Assembly (NCBI RefSeq): GCF_964204645.1 | Contig: NC_134026.1 | Coordinates: 21,176,150 to 21,240,149, forward strand | DNA length: 64,000 nucleotides | Reading direction: 5' to 3' | Source: Tubulanus polymorphus | Taxonomy: Eukaryota > Animalia > Nemertea | Shown here: positions 29,177-43,513 of the stretch, piece after piece | Layout: each line of letters starts with the position of its first letter | Numbering within the stretch: position 1 is the stretch's first letter | Translations under genes and position numbers: made by a program | Notes under the pieces: generated by a model | The model's input: only the letters and a program-made list of their open reading frames with translations | The model's database searches: none | What the model was told of the DNA's origin: nothing

Positions 29177-29395
29177 GTTCTATTCGTCTGCTGGTTAGGG
29201 CGCTTGCTTTCTACGTACGAGACCCGGTGTCATAGAATCTGATCCCCCGCGTCAGATTGACGGATCAAGCGGAGAGTCATAATTGGGCTGACGAACCTCA
29301 TCCTCACCCTTAATCCTGAGATAAATCGTAAGGGGGCATGAATAGGGGAGGCATGTCATTCTATGACACCGGGTTCGATCCCCGGTGAGTGCGCG
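29177..29395 (+). mobile_element. tRNA-derived SINE head / tRNA pseudogene interrupted by an insertion
   Basis: D-arm-like gtctgctggttagggc. Removing the insert and one CCGG restores the T-arm ccggg-ttcgatc-cccgg. Confidence 0.6.
29228..29368. mobile_element. Ginger-like MITE (TGT..ACA ends, CCGG target duplication)
   Basis: ccgg|tgtcatagaat ... attctatgaca|ccgg. Confidence 0.75.
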
Positions 29396-32300
29396 TAATT
29401 TCACTGCCACTTCTCTTAATCGTTACGATGCCACTCAATTCTTTACCGAAGCATCGGTATCACGAAAGGGTATAGTAGCCGTTTTAGTCGGATGAGTGAC
29501 GAGTACACCAGTACAATGACGAGGTTTACCATAAATCGGCGGTGGTCGTCGTGTTTTTTTTGTAACAATTACTCGAGGCTCAGTGCATTTCTTGAAGGTG
29601 TCATTCTTTAGAAAAAAAAACAAACGCTATCGACGAAAGATACGCGCCGGTCGCCTTACATTTGCGACGGCGGTGTCTTTTTATACCTGGCAAGCTCACG
29701 ATTTCATCGTTGACGGCAATGAATAAATAATGACGGTTCTATACCTTCGAAACGTCGAAACATTGCATATCGATGAAGTTCGTCGCAGTCTATCTAAACC
29801 AGGGGAAAGTATAACGCGCACGGCTATTCCGATAGTGTTCCAACTGGTTTTTCACCTTTCGTTCCATCACAAGATTGCCGATACGGCGCGTATAAGAAAT
29901 TCTAGAAATGACAATCTATGATGTAGTTGTATTAGATTTCCTATTCGGTGCAAAAGCAACTGACTAGTCAATTTTTGGTTAAGGTGAACGGCCTGACAAA
30001 TACACTCGACGCTCCAAAAACAAATATATCCTCATTTTCTCATGTTTTCTGTCCAGAATTGATGATCCCAAGCCACCAATCATATCAAATAGCAAGATTA
30101 AAAGGTATCTTTTCAGATTAAAATATGTTTTATCCGTCTAAGATTGTGTGCGGGGGTACATGTTATTCGAACGAATTCTCCAATTAATCTAGGCAAACTT
30201 TGAATCAAATTTCCCAATTTCTCAACACAAAATTGCAATAACAAGAGATTATATCAGTCTTAACAAATACAAGATTTGACTTTTAATCCTGTACATACAT
30301 ATTATGAGCGTGTTTCTGTCCTTTCTCTTTTTTACTTTCAACGAGGAGCTTAGTGGTTTAATACGGATTTTTATCAAGTGTTTTTCTCTTTGTCGTCGAC
30401 ATCAAAAAGTTAATATAAGTTCTGCAGAATATATGAAATATGAAATATGCAGCTAGAGAACAGTATGAACCGTTAGTAAACCGATCCAGCGTCGAAAACA
30501 CGGTAGCTCTATAATTAATTGTAATCCGAAGAGAATCCAAACATTACCGTACGCTGGCAATGAGGTACAGCGATTCGATCTCAAATTACCTCACCTCGCC
30601 TAATCCTTCGATGATGATTTTTCTGGCGTATCAAAAGTTTGTATCAACAGTGTGGTGTTTTATGCGATGATTAAGTATACATTCCTTTCAGAAATAAAAA
30701 CACCGACTAATCCGTATAAGAGTGTTAGCGAAACGATATGCCAAAATACTAATAACATAGCGAGTATATACCTTATGAAATTCGGTTCTTAACTTGCGCA
30801 CAATAGAAAGTCGCAGATGAATTCATTTGATTTCGATGATATATCTCCTCTCTGTACATTTATGACAAATATTCATGCCCTATTGGTTTCGTTAAAATCA
30901 ATTTTGTTCTTCTTGCCAATTATTCATTTTCACCTACAAGCACTCGATGAGACTTCGCAAAATTTGATTGATGATATACATACGTGTTTATTATGAGACA
31001 CCATTGCCTCCTATTGTTCGGATGGTGATGGATTTTTGTGATAAATTGTTAGGGATGAAATGATAAATTAAGAGTCGTACCACATGTGCAAATTAAGGGT
31101 GCCCGCTCATAAAAAAATTGTTCATCGCTGCGATGCCAACATAAAAAATTGAACAATATACATGCCTCATGAGGCACGATTCCTGTACACGGCAAAAATA
31201 CTTCTAGCGAGAAGGCATTTGACGACACTAATAGAACGTCTACAACGTTATAGAACAGTTTCGGTGGGTTTTTTAGTCGTAAATAACAACGATCAGTTCG
31301 CAAGAAATCTGCCAGCGAATCAGAGGAATTTCGTAACAACACTGATAAAAACATCTTGCGTCAGTCGATAGTTGTCTTGTGAACTGGCGTTCGATAAGAG
31401 AACTCGTCTGTCCAGTTTTTTTCTTCTTCTGGCACTAGAATCCAATGGACCTGTCAATTCTCATCGCCTATTTCTTGTAGCGACGATTATCACGCCTTAT
31501 TTGAGAGGGTAAAATCGTTCTCCAACTATTGAAACGATGACCGAGTGTTTAGGAAGAGAAATGTCTCCATTTGATCTCAAAATGCGACTTTTCTGAAGGA
31601 TTGTGACACTACCAATGCTAGACTTTGCAGTGTCATCCATTTTGCGAAATTGTGAGAGAAAATACTATTTGACTAGAAAATTGTTCACGGATTAATATCT
31701 CAAGTAATAGTGTCGTTATCAAAACAGCAATGTTATATCCTGCCAGCGATATGAAATCAGTTCTCTATTACTGTATATGTAATTGCGATAGTCTCGAGCT
31801 TGTACAAAACGCACTTAATCGAGATATCATCCCTTAAAAATCCATTTAGATTCCGACTCCGTGTTGTACGACGATGATCGTCTATATAACTTTCATCATT
31901 ATTCTTTATTAGCAACATTCATAAAGTGAAGCCGTGGAAACCCCCGGTCGCGTAGTCAAATCGATTCGAATAGTAAATAGATAATTTGACCTGAAAAGAA
32001 ATTTGTCATGCTCTTTGATAATACGAGAAATCACGGATTTATTAGTTCATCACGGTTACATTGAAGATCCATTTTCTCACAGAAGCCTGTCTCCGCCTTC
32101 AATTGGTAAATGGATAATTGAACTTTGGGCAAAAGTGTGTCCACATAGATATATGCCATGTAGTTCATATATCTATGTGGAAATGCTTCTGTATCACTGT
32201 TTGAATTGTCTTCATGTACGTGTCCGTCTTAGCTATTCTATAGTGATTTCTCTGGGCGTAATTCTTTTCCAGCATCGTATTTTCCATTACTTTTATAGGT

Positions 32301-35090
32301 TTCGTCACTGTGTAGGACTTTTGAAAACAATTTTATGACAAAATGACAAATAGCAATGTGAAAGCAAGTAAAATCCCAACGGAAAGAATAAGAAATGAGA
32401 AATCAGCCACGTTGCATCCTATGTAAGCATTTTTCGCCGTTCCTCTCCATTAGCGTTCGTATTATCCAAAACGAGGTATATTAAGTGAAAAAAAGAAAAT
32501 CTCCCAACCAGCTTACTGTTGACAAAACATCAATTATGCAGAATTCTAGCAATCCTATACACTAACTGCTGCTCCCTTCGGACGGTGCTCCATACTAGCG
32601 GGTAAATTATTGGATTTATTCTGTCTACTATTATGTAAGCCTAAACTCGCCGATTGTGTTTAAGTATTTTGATTGAACGTTCGCGACGAATCGATGCGCG
32701 CGATCCTTTTGGTAAATATTTCTCGAATTTCTCGAACATCGTTAAATTATGGTTTTCGCTTTTCGTATTTGTCGTTAAATAAAGGCGCGATGCGAACGTG
32801 TGTTGGTGGCAGCGGTAATGTCGAAGGTCCCCATCGACGGTTATGAAACACTGCATGTATAAATACATTCGATTCGGCAAGTTCCCGACTCTTTCGTGCG
32901 GGTGGTCATATCTATACGCCGAAGGCGATAAACACGGTACAGAGCTGTGTTCTGACTCAAAAACCATTTCAGAAAGTTTTTTATTCAATTCGCGTCGTTG
33001 TCGCTATCTAATTGTCTTGTTGTTGAAAATTTCTCGTCGCCTCGATGTTCTTGTTACACGGCGAAATTTAGCTGGCCGGAAAATTTACATTTTCTCGATT
33101 GTTCGACGCCGCGAATGTTGATGCGCGTATCGCTATACTGCTGAATATTGCGTACGTCGAAACCATCAAAAACCACTCTATATTAATCATTCTAAATACG
33201 ATTTAAGTATTTTCGGACGTCTAATCTTCCGAAAGGATAAAAATGACACTTCTTCTCTGGCTGATTTTTACATTCTTAGTGAGAGCGAGAGCGAAAGAGA
33301 GCGCGCGACCGAGCTGTCGCTATAATCACAGGCCAGTTACGATTTCGTGCCTTCTGAACCGGTACTTCAGATTAATTGAGCGAGGAAGCAACGCCGAGAT
33401 GTCATTTTTGATAAAGAGATTTATTCATGAAGTGAACGCTGCAAGAAAATTGACATCATCCCTTGGTAAATGCGGTAGAAAGGATCGGCGAGAAGCAGAT
33501 TCTCTGACATATTTTGGCTATTCACCGAAGAAGTCGATGTCGTACGACGTCGCCATATTCAACGGCGCTATTCGATTAGGCTGCGTCGGAGCACGCATGA
33601 CTAATAAGACCCCGTGTTTGGAAAGGTCTTTCCGTTTACTCAGAAGCTAGTGGTCAAAATTGGCCGCGTGTTGTCTTTTGTGCTCACGTTTCAGCGGAGC
33701 CAGTAGTCAACCTACGCAATAATGCAGTTGCACTTAAGGACAGACGTTTATTTGCAGTGATCTTGACTGGGCCGGTCTGCGCTGGTTAGGATAATTATTT
33801 CACCGAGTGTTTTTGATACACTGATAGGATCAGATGGCCAGATCAATCCGCGAAAGATAATTCCGCGGTATTGACCGTTTTTAAAGCGTTCCGTAACTTG
33901 ATATTTCATCATGTTTCGTGCGCAATCGTTGTACGAGAGACGTACTTCTAATATTTCTTTTCAAATTTAACTAATTATGAAGTCAGGGGCAAAAAGATGT
34001 TAGAAAGATAGACAGTGAATAAAAGTTCCCATCTCTGCATCAGCCTAATTTACTGTAAGATCTCATTTTCCAATGTGCCCCTGTAGAATGATGGAATGGT
34101 GTAAAAACCGGTTATTTTTCTAGCGTCGATTCTGCGATGATTTAACGTATAAGCTCAAACAAACTGTCGCTAACCCTTTCGTATTATACTTTAGAATGTA
34201 GGTCTATGAATTTTGGCTACACTCTGCAATCTTCGCCATCTTGTAACGGGATATTTAGAAGGATTGAAAGATAATCACACATTCTGATGAGATACAACGC
34301 GAGATGTGTGGAACTAGACGCTCTCTCTCGGTAAATCTTCTGTTCATCAAACGATGGTCGTCTGCCGAATTGATTGATGAACTGATTAGGATGGCACGAA
34401 GTTCGATAGACGTGATCTTATATACACATTAGCCCGTATCGAGTGTGTACGTTAAAAGCGATATGAACCGAGACGTCGTCCTGCTTCGCTGGACGCCCGT
34501 ATTTTCTCGAAGCTAGGAATCAATTTACTTCCGCATAGAAATTGTGTTAATTTATCATGTTTTCGGTTAAATGTCATCGATGATAAGCGTGTTAAGTTAC
34601 ACCGCGTATTAATTATCCGGCAATATTCGTTGCACGCAGACGGCTGCGCACGCGCCATCAATTCCTTTTTTGTCGACTGCGCTTCCACTTGTGGTCGTCG
34701 AATACAAATATTAATAAACGACACTTAATGTTGTCGATGAGACATCGAAGTAATGAAATCGGAATATATATTCGAGTAGTCGCAGAAAAAGAGAATGTAA
34801 TTTGCGGCGTCTGAAAATTTCATCTTCTGGTTTTATGGATGACTTTCTTCTGTCAAGTGCAATATTCCAGCGTTTGGAAAATACTTGCAAATGCGGCGCT
34901 GAATTTAGCGGAAAGTATAAATTACTTATGTAATAAAAATATCCAGAGAGTTTTTTGTAAGGGCACGGTCTAAGCCTCGTTGGGATTCGTTATACTAATG
35001 TATATCTACCTCAGAATTAAGGCTTAATGATATAGGCCTACGTATGTTATATATTGTAGGCCATGAAAACAAATTCATTCGTAGAATCCA

Positions 35091-35388
35091 CATCCTCCCG
35101 GGATTCGAACCTAATGGCATCGCTAGACTCAGCCACGGCACGAAATCCTGCTACACATGACCGAGTGTGCAGGTTTGATGCAAAAAGAATATTGCGGCAC
35201 AAACCAGATTGCCCATCGTATAATCGCTGAGGCAAATTTCATGGGTTAACTATACATGGAAAAACCCGGGCTAATATAAACGGGATTTCTGTTAGGCTAA
35301 TAATGACATTATCTAAGCTAGTGTGACAGAGTTTCGTACCAAGGGGAGTCTTTGTTCCATCAGGTTCGAATCCCTGCCGGGGAGTATG
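35091..35388 (-). mobile_element. B-box-TIR MITE family, copy 2 (core inverted relative to copies 1 and 3)
   Basis: catcctcccgggattcgaaccta ... tcaggttcgaatccctgccggggagtatg; core cagattgcccatcgtataatcgctgagg is the reverse complement of the core in the other copies. Confidence 0.85.
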
Positions 35389-35899
35389 AGAAATTCCATC
35401 GCGCGAAACCGATTGCGTTGGTGCCGTGTCCACCAGATTCGAATCCCTGCGAGGAAGGACGGCAGACGTCGCCTGATTGCAATTCACCGTGGAGTGAAGG
35501 TTCGCAGACCTCTATTATGATTTTTTCGCTACAATATTTCCCTGAATTACATATCACACGAAATGATAATACGAACAGGGAATATTAGATTACGTAGAAC
35601 TATAGAAAGCTAATTATATTCTGGGCTTACGTTCATGATTTGAAATGACGATATTTATTAGAATTTTTGCTCGGCTTCGTATCATGCATGGTCACGTTGC
35701 GTGTACCAGTCGGCGATGAAGTTTAATTATCCCTCGCTAATAACAACTTTTCGACGTTATCCGAATGTCTAATTAGCATATTCTGATTAACAGCCATGCG
35801 ATTTGACACGAAGAGGTAGGTGGTAATTTTTGATGGTTGCATTAACGCGCGGTTTCAAATAATATGATTTAATTTGAATCATGTTACCTTTTTGTGACG

Positions 35900-36328
35900 T
35901 CTTCCGTTTTTTAACGCCGTGAAAACGTTACAATAATTTTCGTATACATTGATACAGTTGGTATGCGTTATTATGGGTTCCGTGTGGTTCGATGTGCACT
36001 ACGTCATCAATATTTGCGTTTCAAAATAACAATTACAAATGTGAACTTTGGCGTTTATTATGTAATAAACTATATTTCATAACTCTTTATCTATTTTTGG
36101 TAAATTTTGATAATTTTTTGCGAGAGGATGCGCCCTACGTCATCAATACATCGGGGCAACTGGTTGCCGGAAATTCAATAACATTATCGATTTATACAAA
36201 TCCAAAATAACTTTATTGATCGTTAATATCATATAATTCATAATACATCATTTATTGTCGACAATATTAAGTGATATATGTGTTATTTCCAAAGGCGTCA
36301 ATAAACTTTCAAGTTAGTTTTCTTGTTT
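35900..36328 (+). repeat. Dispersed repeat, copy 2 (unclassified)
   Basis: Collinear with 9775-10146 in the same orientation. Confidence 0.8.
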
Positions 36329-37011
36329 TTGTTGTGGTTTGTTGTTGCTTTTTGATGTTAAATTCACCTATCATTCATCGGTTGCTAACGTTCTCTTATA
36401 TCAGATACGAAAAGAATGTACGCGGCAGGATTTATTTGATGAGAATCACGATAATCCATCATGTCGCGTTTACTTATTCCAAAAAGCTACAATATGTCCC
36501 CTGCTTAGACACATCAAGCACGTTTTGTTTGCGCCATTGAGATCTTATATCTTTGTTATTGCGGTTGTGCTGACGTGTCTATTTCGAATTTATTATTTCT
36601 CAGGGTATAACTGTATTTCGCGGTATCGTGGCTCGGCGAGACAGATCATGCTTTGCCGATGTCGCAGAGTTATTTCGTATAATAGGCCCCGTCTGCTCTC
36701 CCTATGTACACATTATATGAAGCCGTGGTCGTTATCGGTAATTGGTCATTATCTGGTAAAACACATGAGACCAAGGAAACGAAAGTTGTCCGCATTGTTA
36801 TGACACTTCGGTCATCATAAACCGTAATTTAGTGCGCGCGGCCACAGACAAGGCTCCCTACGGGGGTGATGATCAGTGCAGATAGTTTAATCGAGTTTTT
36901 GGTTTATTCAATTGCAAGTCATTCATGTTTTGACCGATAATCAACATTCTTCAACACTCGGGATGAGGGACCTTACACATTTTCTCTGTTTAGTACGTTC
37001 TTTACCGAAGC

Positions 37012-37120
37012 TGGGATTCGAACCTGATGGCATCGAGACGGAGTACGCAGAACCTGAGATGATGCCATTGCGCGTTAAGCTAATCAGGCAGGGCTTGTTC
37101 GTGTCGTGGCGAGAGTATCG
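37012..37120 (+). mobile_element. Fragment of the B-box-TIR MITE family
   Basis: gggattcgaacctgatggcatcgagac matches the family arm. Confidence 0.6.
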
Positions 37121-37860
37121 CAACAACGATTTTTATTCGAATTTTCGAAGTCTAACAATAGATTTCATAATTAGCCGCCTAGCATTTGGATACTTTCGGG
37201 CGGTTGTGCGTCGTTTTTTAGCAACACCTCTCGAACACCTTAATTGCTGAACAGAAAGTTATGCATCTACCTCACTGTGAGCGAGCCATGAAATAACTAG
37301 CGTATGTATGTGCTTAATGGGCAGAATCATTCGTGCTCCATGCAGCAGCTGCCTAACACCAATTTGCTGAAGCCCATAAAATTTCTAGTGACAGAATTTT
37401 AATTAAACCCTACCACCTGGAAGTGCAACACTTATCGTACAATATACGTCACTTCCATTTTTCAATATCTAAACCTATAAATGAACTGTTTGAACGTTCT
37501 CGGTGGCCGCGGGCCTGAAATCGGGTGAAGCAGCAGCTTTTTATTGCTCAACTGAATGAACTCGTCGAACTTCAATGATCGTTTAACGTGATATTAATCA
37601 TCATCATCTGAATGGTAGTAAACGGGGACGGGATTGAAATCATAAAGTTTACGATCAAACAATAATGAAACAACAGTAGGAAATAGCACGTAAATGGCCC
37701 AATCTTTCGGGTGCAATTAATTTGGACAAATCCTACACGAACTTTTCTCGTGATTCACTTCGTCACTGGCCAGGGTTTGGCTTCTTGCCGACGAGATACA
37801 CATCAATGACTTGCGCGATTTCTAGATTCGCTATTACGACCGATGTGTGGACTTAAACGC

Positions 37861-38049
37861 GGCTAGAAAAGATAATTTGTAAACTGCAATAAAAAATATA
37901 TAATCACCTCATTTCGATAACTGCCGGGGTCGGTTATGGTTAGCCTGCATATGATTGAAAACAAAGTAATGTACAGGGTAGATAGGCGACCGGCCAGTCA
38001 ACTTCAAAGTCCAGCAGAAATTAGAAACAAGGTATAAATTTTTCTAGCC
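37861..38049 (-). mobile_element. PIF/Harbinger (Tourist-like) MITE family, copy 1 (inverted)
   Basis: ggctagaaaa ... ttttctagcc; core gtaatgtacagggtagataggcgaccggcc is the reverse complement of the core at 43377-43406. Confidence 0.75.
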
Positions 38050-41000
38050 CAAAACTCCCTATATCTTTCATCGGAATTTATTTTGTCGAGCATTTCAAGG
38101 CCCGCACGAAGGACCTAATCCGAAAATAGCGTTTACACGACTGTCCCCGTATCAGGTTCGAACCTCTCGAAACAAAAAGGTCGGCGGAGTTAATTTCTCC
38201 TATCGTTCGATGAAATTCATTCTGTCAAGCTATAATTGTTGGCTGACCCGTAATGCTACATCAGGGGTCTCTACTGAAACTATTACATTTGAGTCGCATT
38301 TGGGAAATCGTCCGCGCTTTCGGAAAACGCCGCCGGTTCAGTCACCGTACCACGCCGAGTCATCTCGGCCCGACGTATATTTACCGGATATGTATGATGC
38401 CGGATCTCCCAGCAGACATATCGCTAATGTTTCGCGGCTGATGTATGATACTGTAGATAATGCGACGAAAATCCTCGCGGACATCGGTCAATATCATAAT
38501 AGACCGTCATTGACGAGATTGCTGCCCGAAAGGTCTCGCTCTGGCCATGTAGCGGGGTATTTTACTGCACTAATTCCAGCCGTATTCGTCTCCCTGCGCG
38601 CGCATGCACAGACGCTCTTTTTCCGAATTTCGATCTGCGGAATAATCAAATTTTACGCATAGTCATAAAGTTGCCGTCGAAGTCGAGAAAAAACCTATAA
38701 ATTCGCAAACCCGATTTGTGCCCTCGCCGAGAATATTAACTGTATATATTTTGGCGTAGCCGAAGAAGTAATTGTAAATGAAAGATTGGGGAATATTCGT
38801 CGTGACTGGGGTGCTATTAGTATCGGAACTTTTTCCCTTCGGCATGACAGCTGTTTGGAAAAAGCAACAGCATTACTTTTGCGTCGACGTGTATAAAGCA
38901 ATAAGTATAGACACAGTCGTCATTATAACAAGTAGCCGCAATTATGGCACTGTCAATAAGGTTTATGTTTATGGCCTGTCAATGATAAATAATCCATTTC
39001 GTATTCACAAGTCTCGTTGCGTCAAATCGTAAGCCATCATATTCACCATCAACTCGGCTTTATTGGCAATTTCAGATTCTATAGATAAGTGAAGCATCAT
39101 CGAATTGACGTGCTGTGAAAGCCGCCTGGTATAGTGCGCGCACACGTCATATCGAAACCGCTTGTCACTGAGTGTAGTGCCGATTTCTATTGTTAAAGGG
39201 AAATCATCAGTTTCGGCGGATAGCGTGATTCGTTTTCACGAAATCGCTGCATTCGGATACACTTCAATTTCATCGGTATAGTTACTAGATAAACTTCAAC
39301 CGACAATATTTTGTTATTTGTTTTGCGGATACGTATATTGACTCGTGAGTTGATTAGACATTCGTATTTGGAGTAGCTAATACAGCATCGCACTCGAGGG
39401 GAGCGTATATCGGAAAAAGCTTTAAAACTCTCCTCTCGCTTTTGTATTTCCTTACTTTCAACAATTGTCGAATTGCAGAAAACGAAAAACACCGCACTTG
39501 AGCCGTTTAGACTCTTCAAATGATAATATTTATACAGCTGGCGAGAAATCCTACTTGGATTATGCAATTGACTCAAAACGCAAAAAAACCACACTAATAT
39601 CGATACTGCGTCTGACCACAAAAATGATAGAAACAAAAGTTTAATGAAGTAGTTTTGATTGCTGCTTTGAAGTCAGCAATAATGTAACTAAACAGATACC
39701 CAGAGTTTGGCGCTCAACTTTTCGTTCTCTCCTTCGTTTCATGGGCAGTTTCGAAAATAAACTACAGCAAAAACAAACACGGCATATATAGCAGCCCACG
39801 ATTGTTCTTATAAAGATTAACCGTGTTTTACGACTTAAAGGGTATGGCGTTTGATACTCGAATCTGCGATAAGTTTTGGCCGACGAACTCCGAAACTAGC
39901 ATCCCCGGCAAAGCCTTTTTACATTTTACCGTATCCGGTAATTTGACAACGCATTGATAAAAAACGACGCCTTAACTTTCGTTGGTAACATTACGCCGCG
40001 TAAAAGACTAAGCTTAAGCTTTTACTTCAAGCAAAATAAGTTCGAATACCCTTGATCAGCAAAACCTATTGCATCGTTACGAAATCATCTACATACGCAA
40101 TAGCGAGCAACGTTCTTAAGGAGTTGTTCGCCATTAGCGCGGATTAACGTGTGGATGTGCGTTAGAAAGCGAAATATAACGTTTTCACCGCGCGCGTTCG
40201 CCGTATCCATTTGCGTGCTCTTTAGAAAAGCCGAGTGAAATGCCGCGGTGGATAAAGTTTTCAAAAACGTTTATCGACGGCTTGACGCTGTGTGTAATAC
40301 GCGTACAACCGCAAGGAAAAGATGTCGATAAGCGAATCACATCGCCATGACAAGCAGTTTTCTGTAATGATGCCAATAAGGATGTCCATTATACAATTAC
40401 AGAAAGCTACGTATATACTGACCCATCAATCACAAACTTTTCGCGAATCTGTCATTTGTGAATGTATAACTTCCTCGCGGCACGGCCGCGGCAAAGGTGC
40501 CGGCCAACATAGAGCTATTAGAGTAAAACAAACTGTAACACCGGACACGAATTGCCTCCCAGCAGACGTCAAATCCGACAGTTGTCAGTATGGACTTAGC
40601 GAATGTTGTTGTATCGGGGAAGAAAGCGCTATTGACGAGTTTCTTTCGACCAATGGATTTGGGCACAGAACTGAGATGAAACGCCAACGCGTCGATCAGG
40701 TTTCATTGAACGTACATTGTGCACTAAAGGTCAGATAGAACCATTCACTTCGAGATGAGACGGGAGAGTTCCGGCCCGCGAACCAGATCTAACAACTTCG
40801 TCAAATTCGTCTTTGCACTTAAGTTTGCCAGACTAATTTCTTCAGTTTTCAAATTTCTAAATAAAGCATATACCGAGTTGATATTTACCAACATCAGTTT
40901 TCGTATCTTAACCTCTCACGCTAGGCTCAGATAAAAGGCATATATATTGTACGTTCAGCAATCATTTCTGGACTTAAAAAGTCTTTAAAGAAACTTAACG

Positions 41001-41529
41001 TTCACTGCTTCATCCGATTAGTTGATATAGAATGATAAATGATAGGATTAATCTGTTTTGACAAACTTGGGAGAAGGATTGCGCTTTTGCTCAATTTCGC
41101 TTTTTACGCGTCAGAAAGCATCGTTTGCAATTGAAATCGCGGGCGTATTCTGGTATAGAGCCGATAACAACTGAAAACACATTATTCAAAAAAAGTTATG
41201 TATCATTCTGGCGACGTTTTCGCGCACAGTTGAAATCCGGCAACGTGTTGGATATTTGCCGACGCGTCCAAATTTCCCGGCAGTTCAAACAGCCGATGCG
41301 GGTGTTAATTATAAAGGTGCGTCGCGTGATTTATTTTCGAAACGAATTACGAATCAACTCGTCGCTGATACACGGGTGAAGATATGCTACGTCGGAAATT
41401 GAAATAATCATACGTCGCATCCGTATGGCTTGTCGATACCGCAATTATTCTTCGAAAACATAATTGTGCGAAATTGAAAATCGCTGTGCTATTTTGTAAC
41501 TTGGAAAATTCGCGCGGGTGTAGACATAT

Positions 41530-41650
41530 AAGTTTTGTTATAACAGTTATGTATATACATACATTTCTATTTTCTTCCTCATTTTTCTATTCTTGTCACC
41601 TATAGTCATGTAATATTGATTTAAAAGGCAATATATACTAATTGAATTGA
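41530..41650 (+). mobile_element. Second, very short 3'-end copy of the LINE at 13091-13726
   Basis: aagttttgttataacagttatgtatata...ctattttcttcctcat...tattcttgtcac...atgtaatattgatttaaaag.caat...aattgaattga aligns with 13593-13726. Confidence 0.85.
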
Positions 41651-42509
41651 ATATATTGAGTTTCGTTTGCTCATTGGGCTTGTGTCAGTCTTATTGGTGA
41701 AGTTTGTAGCCGCAAGACCTGACTGAAAGTGCATTTCTGCGCGGGGATATGTCATAAAAAGGAGAAAGTGAATTTTGTAGCGTGTGAGTGCCGCCCGTTT
41801 AGATCATAATAGAACACGCTTATATCCCTTTTGAACATGAACTTATGCCTTTTTCGAAAATCTACTCTTTTCTGTAGTTTATGTAAATTCCATACGGCGA
41901 ATCTTTGTCGAAAGGCGCTTAGAATAGTGGAAAAACTTAAGGGGTTCGTGTGAACCCTTCGAATTACCCTCCGTCTGGCTACCGGCTAGATATCGACGGA
42001 CCATGCCGTATGGTATGTCGGTGGTATTCCAAAGCAGTGTCATCTGAATTCTGATCATGAATTCTGAATTTTTAGATGCGAAATCCCAATTCAAAAACAA
42101 CATAGTTTATTTTTGAATGAAATGTCAGGTCCAAAAAAACACAATACGACTCTATGTCGTTTTAGGGCAGACCCTCGGCTGAGAGCTGAGGCGCAAAACA
42201 ATATATTATATATTACAAATGCGTTGTAGGCTATGGCATAATATCTGATTTAGATACTGGTGATCCACTTGATTATGATTATTAGGGGTGTTGGCTGCAG
42301 TCCGATCAAAAACGTTTTTGTACGAAAAATCGACATAAGTGTCAAAAACAAGGGCTATATATGCATGTGCGTTTGACATCTAGTTATCGTCCGGCTTCGC
42401 TTTCTGAATAAGTCCGTTGTTAAAATATACCAATCGCAGCACTTACGTTACATACTATAATCGCTCACAATGGAATACGTCGTTAGCGTGTTGTTTTTAA
42501 TGGTTTCAG

Positions 42510-42560
42510 GTTTACCACCACAAGATCAAATATACAAGCAAGCTCGCTTCAGGTGATAAG
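42510..42560 (+). other. Candidate non-coding 5'-UTR micro-exon
   Basis: ttgtttttaatggtttcag/g acceptor and a perfect aag/gtaagt donor. Confidence 0.3.
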
Positions 42561-42991
42561 GTAAGTTAAGTGGGGTCGGTGCAGTTGTGTTATTATTGCC
42601 CTCATTTTGCATCGTGTTAATATTCGTTCTTCTGAAAGAGCCACGTTTTAAACGAAAATACATCTCGAAAATATGTTCACTATGTCAAACTTAGTTTCCG
42701 TCACTTTTGTTAATGATGGCAAATGTTAACGTTGTTCTTTTGCATTTCGAGTCAATTGCATTATCTATATTTCAAAAGTAGAAATCTCGAAAATATATTT
42801 CTAGTAGGAATTTGGGTGGCAATCTAAAGTCCATCATTCTGGGAAACTAATAGATTCTAACACTCTCGAAGTCTAATAATTTACCATTGATTTAATGTTA
42901 ATTTTAGATTTTTGATATGTATCGTATTTCCGCAGATGCTTTAAAACCGTAAATTAAGGAAATTTCACAAAATCTGTTGTTATCGCGAAAC

Positions 42992-43142
42992 TACGAAAAA
43001 GCATTGCGGCCATCTGATTTTTTTTTTCTAAATCGAAATTTCGACTTTTAACTCGAAATTTCGACGTAATCAACTCGAAAGTTTGAGTTACAAAGTCTCT
43101 CGACTTGGAAAGAAAATCATATGTCGGCGATAATCTTCCGTA
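42992..43142. mobile_element. IS3EU-like non-autonomous DNA transposon
   Basis: TACG..CGTA termini, exact 6-bp direct repeat cgaaac on both sides (42986-42991, 43143-43148), internal tcgaaatttcgac repeats. Confidence 0.65.
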
Positions 43143-43327
43143 CGAAACCAACTACTCAACTTTTCAGGCAATATACTTTTTTCTAAATGACAAAAACTGC
43201 TAATGTAAAATGAAAGAAATTGTAAACGGGAACGGGTAATCATGAAACTTATGTTCCACGAACACATCTCCTGCGAATACAAACAAGCGTCAAGCTACTT
43301 TTGCGAGAAAAAAAACGATCCCACTAA

Positions 43328-43513
43328 GGCTAGATAATTGAAACCTTGTTTCTCTGCCGAGCTTAAAAGTCAACCCGGCCGGCCGCCTATCAACCCTATA
43401 CATTACTTATCTTAATCTCGAGCTTACCATAAGCGACTGATTACAAATTTTATTGCATTTTACAAAAGTGACCGGGCCGATTAGGAGAAACAAGGTATCA
43501 TTCTATTTCAGAC
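43328..43513 (+). mobile_element. PIF/Harbinger (Tourist-like) MITE family, copy 2
   Basis: TAA|ggctagataattgaaaccttgtttct ... agaaacaaggtatcattctatttcagac|TAA. Confidence 0.8.

Noticed and set aside
36339-40738. ORFs of 135-154 aa at 36339, 38210, 39193 and 40322
   Set aside because: No domain-like composition or motifs; consistent with random open frames in non-coding DNA.
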